From Octopus vulgaris (Eukaryota), in NCBI GenBank assembly GCA_951406725.2, contig OX597818.1, positions 34,224,001 through 34,288,000 on the forward strand: a stretch of 64,000 bases of DNA, read 5' to 3'. This document shows positions 43,378 through 56,229 of the stretch, one piece after another. The stretch's first letter is position 1. Each line of letters begins with the position of its first letter. Both the position numbers and the translations under genes were made by a program. Under the pieces are notes generated by a model, which was not told the origin of the DNA, made no database searches, and worked only from the letters and a program-made list of their open reading frames with translations.

Positions 43378-44904
43378 CATACGTACATACGTAAGTACAT
43401 ACATACATACATACATACATACATACATACATACATACATACGTGATGCCAGATATCTTGCTTTTTCAGTTTTTTATTTTAATCTATAGCCATCCGCTGA
43501 GAGAGAAATCACTTCTAGCCGCTTTTGATAAACAGTCTCAACACCACATTTTTCTGTTGCAGCTCAAGCCGGAATTTTAGTGGTAAAGCAAATTGAGCAC
43601 CCATAGTACATACCTAGATATTACGTCAATTGATGAAAATATCTTGTATATTACCTGCATACTTATATACATACATACGTAAATATATACATCCATGCAT
43701 ACATACATACATGCATACATACATACATACATACATACATACATACATACATACATACATACATACATACATACATACACACTCTATCCAGATTAAAAGT
43801 TCAGTTTTATACCTGTAAGTAATCGGGTACTGGTATATGTAACACACTGCCTAAATACCAATCTTAAAAAATTAGGCTTCTCAAAACCAGACAGGAGAAA
43901 GCTGATTCGAAGACTACAGATCCAATCCATCACTGGAACTGTGAAAATTTGTAAAACTTTCCAGAAGTTTATCATTTAAGTATAAATGATCATGTCTAGA
44001 TATGTAAGTATATGCATGAGAAGATATACTTAAAACAAAACATACAAATCTGCATACATACATACATACATACATACATACATACATACATACATACATA
44101 CATACATACATACATACATACATACATACATACATACATAGAAAATGCCCTGTTGTTTGTGTTGAAGTTCCAATGAAGGAGCCTTGGATCTAGGCTAGAA
44201 ACTGGCTCTTTCTCTATTGGCAAGAAATCTTGAAATAAAACTGAATAATGATATGGATAAATGCATACATGCATGTATGCATGCATGCATACATACATAC
44301 ATACATACATACATACATACATACATACATACATACATACATACATACGTACATACATACATCATACATACATACACGGAGATACGCCATGAGAAGACAA
44401 TGCAGTTGTACAGTAGCCCTCTAAAATTATGTTAATGAGGTAACAACGAAAGTTGGGAATAAAATAAAGCGATCTGCTCATATGCGCCAAGACTAGACTC
44501 ATGGGAGAATGGTGACCGTAAGATATTATGCTTCTGTTATTATTGTTGTTGCTGTTGCTGTTGTTGTTGTTTAGCTCGAAGATTACCCTGACCAAGCGGA
44601 TCAATAAAAGAAGTGTTCCAGCAGCGGTCACCCCATCGTTGTTGTAGTTATTGTTTCGTTCAAGGCATAGTATTTCCCAGACTACGTCATCTAATATTCT
44701 CTTATTTGTAAGAGATAAAGTGTTACTTGAAGGAGATCTGGCCGCTTTCTTCCAGTAGTTAAACAACCGCAAGGAGGCTCTCTGATTGGTTCGCCTAAGA
44801 TTACGTCGTTTGTAACAGCAGCAACGGTTTTGGTGGCAGTAACGATAGCAATGTGGAAGATTTGTACGTGGAAGTAGGTTTCGAGATAGTGGTAGTTGTC
44901 ATGG

Positions 44905-45285
44905 TGGAGGGGCAATGGCCCAGTGGTTAGGGCAGCGGACTCGCGGTCATAGGATCGCGGTTTCGATTACCAGACCGGGCGTTGTGAGTGTTTATTGAGC
45001 GAAAACACCTAAAGCTCCACGAGGCTCCGGCAGGGGATGGTGGTGATCCCTGCTGTACTCTTTCACCATAACTTTCTCTCACTCTTACTTCCTGTTTCTG
45101 TTGTACCTGTATTTCAAAGGGCCGGCCTTGTCACTCTCTGTGTCACGCTGAATATCCCCGAGAACTACGTTAAGGGTGCACGTGTCTGTGGAGTGCTCAG
45201 CCACTTACACGTTAATTTCACGAGCAGGCTGTTCCGTTGATTCGGATCAACCGGAACCCTCGTCGTCGTAACCGACGGAGTGCTT
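44905..45285 (+). mobile_element. SINE family C with tail type 2
   Basis: Near-identical to 11282-11647. Confidence 0.9.
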
Positions 45286-45299
45286 CCATCCATCCAGTT

Positions 45300-48110
45300 G
45301 TCATGGTGGTGGATGATTTTGGTAACATTACTAGGGTTAGGGTTAGGGTTGCGATGGCTGTGGGTTTGGTGGTGGTAGTGGTGGCGGTGGTTGCGTTGGT
45401 GGTGATGGCGATGGTTATGGTTCTGGTGGTGGTGGCGGTAGTTTGGATGTTGGTGGCGATGGTTAAGAGTTTGGTGGTGATGGTAGTAGTATTGGTGGTA
45501 ATGATTTTGGTGGTGGTGATGGTTATGGTTTTAGTGGTGGTGGTGGTGGTGGTGGTGGTATTGGTGGTGATGGTGATAGTTATGGTTCTGGTGGTGGTGG
45601 CGGTAGTTTGGATGTTGGTGGCGATGGTTAAGAGTTTGGTGGTGATGGTAGTAGTATTGGTAGTAATGATTTTGGTGGTGGTGATGGTTATGGTTTTAGT
45701 GGTGGTGGTGGTGGTGGTATTGGTGGTGATGGTGATAGTTATGGTTCTGGTGGTGGTGGCGGTGGTTTGGATGATGGTGGCTATGGTTATGGTTTCGGTT
45801 TTGAATGACCATAAGATTTCACCTAGATTACACTCCGAAGCACAAATCCTTCCAAGGTTGTATTTTAATTCCTATTTAGTGCTTTATTTCATTTCCTATT
45901 TCCAAGGGAAAGACCGATTAGGGAAAGCACAAGGGAAAGCACTAATGACGTCACAACTCATTTCTAGAGCTGAGTGAACTGGAGCAAGGTGAAATAAAGT
46001 GCCTTGCTCAGGAACACAAAACACAGCCCGGTCTGGGACATTTCCTATTTCAAAGGGAAAGACCGATTACAGCTTGGCACTAATGACGTCACAACTCATT
46101 TCTAGAGCTGAGTGAACTGGAGCAAGGTAAAATAAAGTGCTTTACTCAGGAACACAACACAGAGCCCGGTCCGGGAATCGAACTCGCTACCTCATGACTG
46201 TGAGCCCGACGCTCTAACCACCGAACTATGCGCTTTCACTAGTGATAAGGTTCTCTAGAACTAGTTAGTGGTGTTTGTAGATTTGGTGAGAATCAAGGTT
46301 GTTGTCTTGGTTGTTGTGTTTGGAATGTTGGTTTTGGTAGTGGTGCTGGGTAGTAGCGACGGATTTGGTGTCGGTAGTGGGAGGAGGCGGTGATGAATTT
46401 GATGATAGTTTTGGTACTGGTTGTCAGGCTGATGGTGGTGGTGGTGGTGGTGCTGCTGCTGCTGCAACTGCTGCTGCTGGTGGTGGTGCTGGTGCTGGTG
46501 CTGGTACTGGTGATTTGGTTGGGAATAGTCTGATGGTGGTGGTGGTGGTGGTGGTGATGGTGATGGCTATGGTGCTTGAAGTAGTGGATGTTGTTTGGAT
46601 GGGAATGGTCTGATGGTGGTGGTGATTGTGGTTACAGTGCTAGAGGTGGTGGTTGCGACGGTTATGGATTTGGTGGTGGTAGTGGTGGTGGTAGTGGTGG
46701 TGGTAGTGGTGGTGCTTGCGTTGGTGGTGATGGCATGGTTCTGATGATGGTGGTGGTGGGTTTGGTGGTGGTAGTGGTGGTGCTTGCGTTGGTGGTGATG
46801 GAATGGTTCTGATGGTGGTGGTGGTGGTGGTGGTGGTAATTTGGATGATGGTAGCGATGGTTATGGGTTTGATGATGATGGTAGTAGTAGTGGTAGTAAT
46901 GATTCGGGTGGTGGTGGTGGCGTGGTGGTAGTGGTGGTAGCGACGATGGTTACGGTTTTGGTGGTGGTGGTGGTGGTGGTGGTGGTGGTGGTGGTACTGG
47001 CGGTGTTGGTGGTGGTAGCGGTGGTTATGGGTTAGATGGTAGCGATGATGGTGATGATGGTAGTTATGGCGTTGGCAGTGGTGGTGTTAATGGTGATGGT
47101 GACGAGGGTGGAGGGTTTGGTTGTGGTGAGATGTAGAGGTGGAAGTGGGGGGAGGGGTTGCTGCATCTGGTAATCGGAGGTGAGGTGGCGCTTTATCCAC
47201 TCATAATATATAGCCTTTGTTCAAAAAGGTCGTGTAAAGGTGAAGTCGTTTCTTGAAGACAAGTCGGATGTCACCATGACTGCCATTTATAGAGAGGGGA
47301 CAGCGAGGGTGGAGGAGATACAGAAGATAAGAAATGTGGTGGTGGTGGTGGTGGTGGTGGTGTTGGTGGTGGTGGTGGAAGGTGCTGCTGCTGTTGCTTC
47401 TGTTGCTGCTGCTGCAGGTGATGGAGATGATGATGACGACGATGACGACGACGACGATGATCATGATCACGGTTTTGGGGGTTGTGGTGGAGGTGGTGGT
47501 GATGGTGATGATGATGATGGTGGTGGTGGTGGTGGTGGTGGTGGTGGATGTTGGTCATGAAGAAGACGATGATGACAGAAATGGTGATGATGATGATGAT
47601 GATGATGATGATATGATGATGATGATGATGGTGCTGGTGCTGGTGCTGGTGTTGGCAGATGTGGTTGTGGTGGTGGTTTTTGTGGCCGTTTTGGTGGTGA
47701 TGGTGGTGGTGGTGGTGGCGGTGGTGATGGTGGTGATGGCGGCGGCTTTTGCTGCAGAGATGGCGACGGCAATGAAGGTGATAGAGGCTGTAGGGGCTAT
47801 GAGCGTGCTTGGTGGTTGAAGGTAGTTGTGTTTGTAGTGGTGGTCATGCTAGTGGTAGTGATGGTAGTTGTGGTTGTAGTACTGGTGGTGGTGGTGGTGG
47901 TGGTGGCAGTGGCTTTAGTGGTAGTGGTAGTGGTAGCAGAGTAGTAGTGGTGGCAGTGGTGGCAGTGGTGGCAGTGATGGTGGTGTTATGCTGGTAGTGC
48001 TGGTGGTGCTGATGGTACCGGTGGCGGTAGCGACGGTGGTCTTGGTAGTGGAGGTGGTAGAGGTTGCACAGAAGAGGTAGTGGTGTCGATGTTGGTGGTG
48101 GTGAGGTGTA
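45300..48110. repeat. (GGT)n-rich low-complexity region with internal ~165-bp duplications and a SINE D copy (45890-46239, -)
   Basis: gtttggatgttggtggcgatggttaagagtttgg is repeated; the SINE D segment is itself partly duplicated. Confidence 0.85.
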
Positions 48111-49146
48111 GTCAATGTGGCTGACTCTAGCAGAAGTTGGGTGACAATAATATTGATAAATGAATCGATTATAGGACAATTGAGGTGAGCGAAGATGGGG
48201 GACCTGGAGAAAAAGAGAAGAGAAGAAGGAGAAGGAGAGGGATAGAATCAGAACAAGAACAATAAGAAGAACAATAAGAAGAACAAACAGAAGTTTGAAG
48301 ACAAGGCAGAGATGAAACAATAGGAACATTATGAGGAACAATAAAGCTGGTAGGAAGAATTAATCACATCGGGTTAATTCGAGATTAACGCTGAAGTGGA
48401 GTAGCGGGCTCCTTGCGCGCTCATTAAGTATGTCCTTATTTCAAGAGAAACAGCCGGTTTCTAATCTAGATCTAATGCTCCTTCATTGGAATTTCAACAC
48501 ATGCAACAGGGTATTTTTGTATGTATGTATGTATGTATGTATGTATGTATGTATGTATGTATGTATGTATGTATGTGTGTGTGTCTCTTCTATTTTTTTA
48601 GTTATTATAAATCTTCCACCGAGGAGGGAGTCGGTTTCCAACAAAAATACAAGGCTCTGGATACGGAAGATAGAATTTACTGGGAACTTTATCACAACAA
48701 TCGTTTCGACACATCCTGTATTGCTCCCTCGCGAATTATAGTGTACCCTACAATGTAGATGCATCCCATCAGGTGATGCAACACAGATTCTCGTTACATA
48801 AGTAATGTTTCGCTCTTAATAACAACTAGAGCATGTTGATAGTAGTCGTATCTAAAATACATTGAGAAAGAATGCCAAAGAATAGATTATGTTGCTAAGC
48901 TGTGGATACAAACAGGAAGTAATTAAGGAAAATAATATAATGATACAAACAATAAGGAAAATAAAGCATACAATAAATTAAAAGAAAACACACTATTAAG
49001 TGTGTCAGTATCTGTCCCGCTGCTCTGTAGACTACCTGCTGGTAATGTCCTTTGATAGTTAGCTATCCTTGCCAGCGTGACACCGTACTGCCAAACATCA
49101 TTCCGAATGACTATTTGGTAAACATCTATATCTCAACATACTCCTA

Positions 49147-49184
<38 letters not shown>

Positions 49185-49214
49185 CATATATACATATATA
49201 TATATATATTTCAA

Positions 49215-49934
49215 ACTGTAAAGACACACATTTGTGTTCTCATGCGCTGCTAGAATCTCCTCCGTCTCAGCCAGAAAAAAGGCCTTTTCGTTTGTTTTCT
49301 TGTTTGTTTTCTTGTTTATTTTTATTTCTCGTATTGTATTTTCTTTTTATTTCTCGTATTGTATTTTCTTGTACATGTATTTTTATCTTGTATTTTATTT
49401 TGTAGTTTTATTTGTATCGTTTTTACGTCCTGTTTGTGTTACATTATTTTCTTGCTTGTTTTTACCCCTCTGCGAGGCAATTTTATTTTAATTCTCTCGC
49501 AGGAAGGACTGGTTTGGCGAGTCGTGTCTTGTCTTGCCTTCGAAACACGCTGGAGCCGAACTAGTGACAGCTGATGAAGGTGATTTTTCCTTGTGTGATA
49601 TGTCCTGTACTCTGTTTTTTTTTTCTGTTGTAAAAAAATGGTTTTTCCATTTTCCTTTCTCGTTGAGTTCTACGTCTCTGTTTTTCTGTTGTAAAAAAAT
49701 GTTTTTTCCGTTTTCGTTTCTCGTTGAGTTCTACGTCTAGTTGTTGTGTTGTACTCACGTGTATATATATTTATATATGCATGTATATATACATGTAGAT
49801 GTAGGTACGTACATATATGTTTGTATGTATGTATATATTTTATTTATTACACTATTGTTTGACAGCGCCCTCGCGTCGGGTTCGATTCGATTCGTTCGCT
49901 TCGTTCCGTTTCTTATTCTCCCAGTACTGTTTTA

Positions 49935-49935
<1 letters not shown>
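49215..49935 (+). mobile_element. Repeat H, copy 2
   Basis: Homologous to 25255-25835; bounded by (TA)n. Confidence 0.7.
49523..49582 (+). ncRNA. Candidate non-circularly permuted (S-G-C) hammerhead, copy 2 (intact core)
   Basis: cgtg-TC-ttgtc / ccttc-GAAA-cacg / gacag-CTGATGA-aggtg. Confidence 0.55.
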
Positions 49936-49981
<46 letters not shown>

Positions 49982-50155
49982 GCATATATATAATCAAAAT
50001 AAGCAACAAGGAGGATATCCAGAGGTAATGCAGTATGATCGTTTCAAGCAACTTCATGTAATTGAACAATGTAATCATTACATCAATTTAAATGCGGAGC
50101 AATCCTCTGCTGCGTAAAGACATAGAATTAAATTAGATAATTTAATATATATATA

Positions 50156-50555
50156 TCTTCTTTATATATAAAAGTGAAGTTGTGTGTCTGTCTCCTACGA
50201 TTTAGATTCCTAACTACTCCCACATTTTGCGGTGCAGTTTAACCAAAACCGGGTATCTTATAGTCGTGATTCATATCGAGCCCTTCTGGGTATTAGCGCG
50301 CGTCTACGATGAGTCTACGATTTTTAAAAAAATTTACCATAATTTTTTTTCCATTTTAATGCATTTTTCGCTATTATATAAGGGAAGTAACTCTCTAAAA
50401 ATGTCTACGATGAGTCAACGATTTAAAAAAAAATTTACCATCATTTTTTTTCATTTTTCATGCACTTTTTTGCTATTTTTTGGCTATAACTCTCTAAAAA
50501 TGCTTATATAGTTATTTCCCTTACAAACCCGAGCAACGCCGGGCGATACTGCTAG
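50156..50555 (+). mobile_element. Non-autonomous Helitron
   Basis: A|TC start, 3' hairpin cccgagcaacgccggg, CTAG|T end, no TSD. Confidence 0.85.
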
Positions 50556-50689
50556 TATATTGATAAAAATGGTAAGACAACAAAAGAATGAAAGAGACCT
50601 CGATATTATGTAAATAGAGGAATTTATCTGTAAATGTAATACGTGACAATTATCATGGGCACCGAATAATTGTTACATAATACAATTAC

Positions 50690-50747
<58 letters not shown>

Positions 50748-50764
50748 AGATATATATGCTCAAG

Positions 50765-50823
<59 letters not shown>

Positions 50824-51277
50824 TATATATGCTCAAGATATATATACTTTTATATCAAGTTATATGAAAATAGTTTTACAATAAACTGAAAGATTACTCA
50901 ACACTTTTTGTACATTACATATTTATTTTTTCACAAAAATAGTGATGACAGTGACTTCGAAATTTCGGCTTGCTATCTTTCATAGGACAGTCCAATGAAG
51001 AGTGTTCTTATTTCAGTGAGATTTAGTCACTATATATTAATAGTAATATCTTATCTAACTGCCTTTAGTTGAGCCCAAAGCTAAAAGTGTGCATTTTATT
51101 ATGACGTATTTTTAAATTGCCCACGCTTACAAACTAAAATATTGGTCTTAGGTACCTTTACGTAACATCGTGTTGATAATGTTTAACCAAAACATAGTCC
51201 TGATGAAGCAGATCTATGTTAAAGACGTTCTAGATGTACTAATCCTATCTCATTTTAGATGTTTAGTGTCTAGGATT

Positions 51278-51570
51278 GTGGAGGCGCAATGGCCCAGTGG
51301 TTAGGGCAACGGACTCGCGGTCGGAGGATCGCGGTTTCGATTCCCAGACCGGGCGTTGTGTGTATTTATTGAGCGAAAACACCTAAAAGCCTGACGAGGC
51401 TCCGGCAGGGGGTGGTGGCGACCCCTGTTGTACTCAACTTTCTCTCACTCTCTCTTCCTGCTTCTTGAGTAACGCTGTGGTGGACTGGCATCCCGTCCAG
51501 CTGGGGGTAACACATATGCCACAGAAACCGGGAAACCGAGCCCATGAGCCTGGCTAAAGTTGAAAAGGGC
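51278..51570 (+). mobile_element. SINE family C with tail type 3
   Basis: Homologous to 30828-31138. Confidence 0.8.
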
Positions 51571-51841
51571 GACGTTTTACGTTTTTGACGTATCTAGGAC
51601 TATTGTCTTCTGTATTGTCTTTTCTTTTCATTTCTTTTATGAAATACTGAGACCTGAGCAGAAGATTTGGTTGCTATCTTTAACTAGTCGAGAGTCTACA
51701 TTGAGGCTTACTTCAGATCTATATAAAAGACGTTCCAGCTGTGATGATTCCGTCTAATTTTCAAATGTTGAGTATCTAAAACGACATTAGTCAATGTATC
51801 ATTTTCTTCTCTTTCCCCCCCCCCTTTTTCATTATATATTT

Positions 51842-52124
51842 ACAATTGCAGCGTGGAAGGTGTTTATAAACCATTTAAGAAACACACATTCAAATTTAAT
51901 TTGCCAAAATATTTTCGTCGCTTTGAGATCGCGACCTGTTCACTGACAAAATTCCGTACTGCAGCACAAAATTCCGAGATGCAGCACGAAATTTTGTCAG
52001 TGAACAGGTCGCGGTCTCAAAGCGACGAAAATATTTTGACAAATTAAATTTAAATGTCGAAGTGAATCTAACGGGTTTTGTGTGTTTTTAAATGGCTTAT
52101 AAACATCTTCCACGCTGCAATTGT
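51842..52124. mobile_element. Foldback element with a G3-C8 hammerhead motif on each arm (51900-51950 -, 51993-52043 +)
   Basis: ~115-bp inverted arms; tttgtca-GTGAACA-g-gtcgc(9 nt)gcgac-GAAA-atat-TT-tgacaaa. Confidence 0.75.
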
Positions 52125-52348
52125 TTTCGTTCCAGCACACGATCTCAGATCAGATCACTTGCTATGCAAGTACATCTCCATAATTATATATTTATTTATT
52201 TTGAAAATAGTGGGGCGAGATCCGAAGGAGACTTGGCTCCTAATTCTATCCAGTCGAGAGACTACTTGTTGCTTTCAGTAAACTAAGTTGAGGTCCAATG
52301 CGACAATGGTAATTCTGAGGCTCTTATCTAAATGCCTTTATAATAAAA

Positions 52349-52740
52349 CTAGCAGTATCGCCCGGCGTTGCTCGGGTTTGTAAGGGAAATAACTATAAAG
52401 CATTTTTAGAGGGTTATAGCCAAAAAATAGCAAAAAATGCATTAAAAATGAAAAAAAAATTATGGTAAATTTTTTTTTAAATCGTTGACTCATCGTTAGA
52501 CATTTTTAGAGAGTTACTTCCCTTATATTTAAAAAATATGCATTAAAATGGAAAAAATGATGGTAAATTATTTTTTAAATCGTAGACTCATCGTAGACGC
52601 GCGCTAATACCTAGAAGGGCTCGATATGAATCACGACTATAAGATACCCGGTTTTGATTAAACTGCACCGCAAAATGTGGGAGTAGTTAGGAATCTAAAT
52701 CAGGTAGACAAACACACAACCCTTCTTTTATATATAAAGA
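52349..52740 (-). mobile_element. Non-autonomous Helitron, second copy
   Basis: Reverse complement of 50156-50555 with A|TC and CTAG|T ends. Confidence 0.85.
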
Positions 52741-53165
52741 TTTTCTCCTCCAGTTTCCACTTTATTAACTGCGGAAGACGGCGAGCTGGCGCAATCGTTA
52801 GCAAGCCGGGCAAAATGCTAAGCAGCATTTCGCCTGTCTTCCCGTTCTACGTTCAAATTCCGCCGAGGTTGACTTTGCCTTTCATGGGGTCGATGTAATC
52901 GATAAGTCCTTTCCCCACCAAATTTCAGGTTTTGTATCATAATTATTATTATTATTATCTTGCCGGCGAACGACAGGAATCGTTAGCACGCCGGACAAAA
53001 TGATAAGCGGCATTTAGTCCGTCTTTACGTTCTGATTTTAAATTCTGCTGAGATCGATATTGTCTTACAACTTTTCGGGGTCGATTAAATAGGTACCAGT
53101 CAAGCACTGGCGTCGATTTAGCTGTTTATACCCGCTGCTTCAAAATATCAGGCTTTGTGCCTATA

Positions 53166-53512
53166 AGGGTAAAGACCCCCTTCGGTCATGAATGACCATG
53201 GGATTGCACCTAGAAAGTTACCCTCCTACACACAAGTCCGGGCAAGGTTGTTTATGGAAGACCAGCAGTCGCCCATGCATACCAGCCTCCCCTCTCCACG
53301 CCACCAGTGTTATCCAAGGGAAAGACAAAGGTCGATACAGCTTGGCACCAGTGACGTCGCAACTCATTTCTACAGCTGAGTGAACTGCAGCAATGTGAAA
53401 TAAAGTGTCTTGCTCAAGAACACAACACTCAGCCCGGTCCGGGATTCGAGCTCACAACCTCACGATCGTAATCTCGACGCTCTAACCACTGAGCCATGCG
53501 CCTTCAATAGAA
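53166..53512 (-). mobile_element. SINE family D inserted in a SINE B tail
   Basis: TSD tgtgcctata at 53156-53165 and 53513-53522. Confidence 0.9.
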
Positions 53513-53779
53513 TGTGCCTATAGTAAAAAGAATTACTAACTGCTAAATCAAATTCACTGTCCAAATCCATGGTCACAACGTGCACATATCTTGTCTACAT
53601 CCTGTCCAAATTCATTACATTAACTATCCTCGTCCGTCGCTTTATCATCAACCCGACAAGAAAGGACGACAAAGCAAATAACATGTTGCAGAATAAAAAA
53701 AAAAAATTAAATACCCCCCCCAAAAAAAAACAAGATATAAAAAAAATAACAAAAACAAAACATTAACAACATCATGGCG

Positions 53780-53945
53780 GCAAAACGGTAAAAGGAATTT
53801 CTGTCGCCACCAGGTGCAACTTCACACTGTTGCACATATGGTTCATATTTTCTGTTTGTATTTAGCCGTAACATCTGCACAGAAATTTTGTTTGGGGGTA
53901 AAGAATGTTGCAATTCTGACACGCCTCTTTCTGTTTCTTTCTCAA
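53780..53945 (-). pseudogene. Possible piggyBac C-terminal cysteine-rich domain relic
   Basis: Frameshifted CQNC...[17 protein letters not shown] resembles CxxC...CxxCxVxLC....RNCFxxFH. Confidence 0.35.
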
Positions 53946-54000
53946 ACCATTTTGCGATATTTCTTTACATCGTGCTTTCATTTTTCTTACTGTCTATCTG

Positions 54001-54067
<67 letters not shown>

Positions 54068-54073
54068 ATGTAG

Positions 54074-54155
<82 letters not shown>

Positions 54156-54218
54156 ATATATATAAATATATATATATATATAAATATATATATATATGTG
54201 TGTGTGTATAAATATGTG

Positions 54219-54250
<32 letters not shown>

Positions 54251-54273
54251 TATATATGTGTATATATATATAT

Positions 54274-55174
54274 TGGCACTGTTAGTTTTGAGCAGATCTT
54301 CAGAAGTGATAACAAGCCGAAAGGGCATGCTCCCATTTTCAGTGTTTTCAAATCCAAACCAGGGAGTTCTGAGCTGATGATAGAAGTGTCGATTTTGACT
54401 AATCTTGAAACGTACGTTCTCAAATAACCTTTGCATTTGATTTTTTAATGTCTCTACCCCCATACTTTTGTGAGTTGAATTGAGCAAACACTATATGAGA
54501 GAGGTTTTCTTTAAGTATTGGAAATAGTTTTTAAAAAAGTTTTTTTTAGCTGCTATTTCTAATGAGTTCAGTATGCGGCAAAGTAATTTATTTTACTAAG
54601 CCCTTTTATATAATGTAATAATTTGAATTCGCCTTAAATGGTCCCTTTGTATACTGAATACTTGGTGAAATTGATTAATTAATTAATTTTACCCTCAATT
54701 GTTGAAATTATAATTCATCTCTCTCTATATAATGCCTCGGATTTTACCGAAAAAAGCATAGTGTTTGCTGATTTTAACCCACGCTGGTGGAAAGGGGAGA
54801 GCAGAAATTCTTCGCTTGCATATTTGAATTTGCTGGCACTGTTAGTTTTGAGCAGATCTTCAGAAGTGATAACAAGCCGAAAGGGTATGCTCCCATTTTC
54901 AGTGTTTTCAAATCCAAACCAGGGAGTTCTGAGCTGATGATAGAAGTGTCGATTTTGACTAATCTTGAAACGTACGTTCTCAAATAACCTTTGCATTTGA
55001 TTTTTTAATGTCTCTACCCCCATACTTTTGTGAGTTGAATTGAGCAAACACTATATGAAAGAGGTTTTCTTTAAGTATTGGAAATAGTTTTTAAAAAAGT
55101 TTTTTTTAGCTGCTATTTCTAATGAGTTCAGTATGCGGCAAAGTAATTTATTTTACTAAGCCCTTTTATATAAT
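54274..55174. repeat. 341-bp direct duplication (54274-54614 and 54834-55174)
   Basis: 2 mismatches; outer ends abut (TA)n arrays. Confidence 0.95.
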
Positions 55175-55178
55175 ATAC

Positions 55179-55273
<95 letters not shown>

Positions 55274-55526
55274 TATAAATATATACATATATATATATAT
55301 GCATATATATATCTAGCGAAATATGGTGGTTATGAGTGGTAATGGTATCATTGAGACCCAAAGGTGTTAGGTAATGCTGAATAAGTGCTATAGATAAACC
55401 ATAGTTAAGTTCCAGGTTCGGTGATAATGCGAATAAGGGGTTCAATATTGGTCATATGTCAGCGTGTGTTTATCTCATTACGAAACAAAAATTATATATA
55501 TATATATATGTGTGTGTATGTATAAA

Positions 55527-56052
55527 TTTTGCCGAACCGCTAAGTTACGGGGACGTAAAAACACCAGCATCAGTTGTCAAGTGATGTTGGGGCAACAAAC
55601 ACAGACACACACACATATATATACATATACATATATACGACGGGCTTCTTTCAGTTTCCGTCTACCAAATCCACTCACAAGGCTTTGGTCGGCCCGGGGC
55701 TATAGTGGAAGACACTTGCCCAAGGTGCCACGCAGTGGGACTGAACCTGGAACCATGTGGTTCGTAAGCAAACTACTTACCACACAGCCACTCCTGCGCC
55801 TATAAACTTAAACACAGGAAAAATACCTATTTCTTTACTACCCACAAGGGGCTAAATACAGAGAGGACAAACAAGGACAGACAAACGGATTAAGTCGATT
55901 ACATCGACCCCAGTGCGTAACTGGTACTTAATTAATCGACCCCGAAAGGATAAAAGGCAAAGTCGACCTCGGCGGAATTTGAACTCAGAAAGTAGCGACA
56001 GACGAAATACCGCTAAGCATTTCGTCCGGCGCGCTAACGTTTCTGCCAGCTC
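55527..56052 (-). mobile_element. SINE A (55527-55801) and SINE B (55823-56052)
   Basis: Homology to other copies. Confidence 0.85.
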
Positions 56053-56146
56053 ATATGCATCTTATAGCAGAAACAGCTGAAAATGAAGCCCATCACATAA
56101 TTTCCTATTCCCTTGTTTATATAATATCTTATGTATATATGTATGT

Positions 56147-56229
<83 letters not shown>

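Noticed and set aside
45332-45350. (TTAGGG)3-like telomeric run
   Set aside because: Too short, and easily derived from the surrounding GGT-rich sequence.
45237-45977. 246-aa Val/Met-rich ORF resembling a membrane protein
   Set aside because: It is (GGT)n low-complexity sequence between two SINEs.
51200-51240. CTGATGA as a hammerhead core
   Set aside because: No in-register GAAA or stems; it lies in an old SINE-like repeat.
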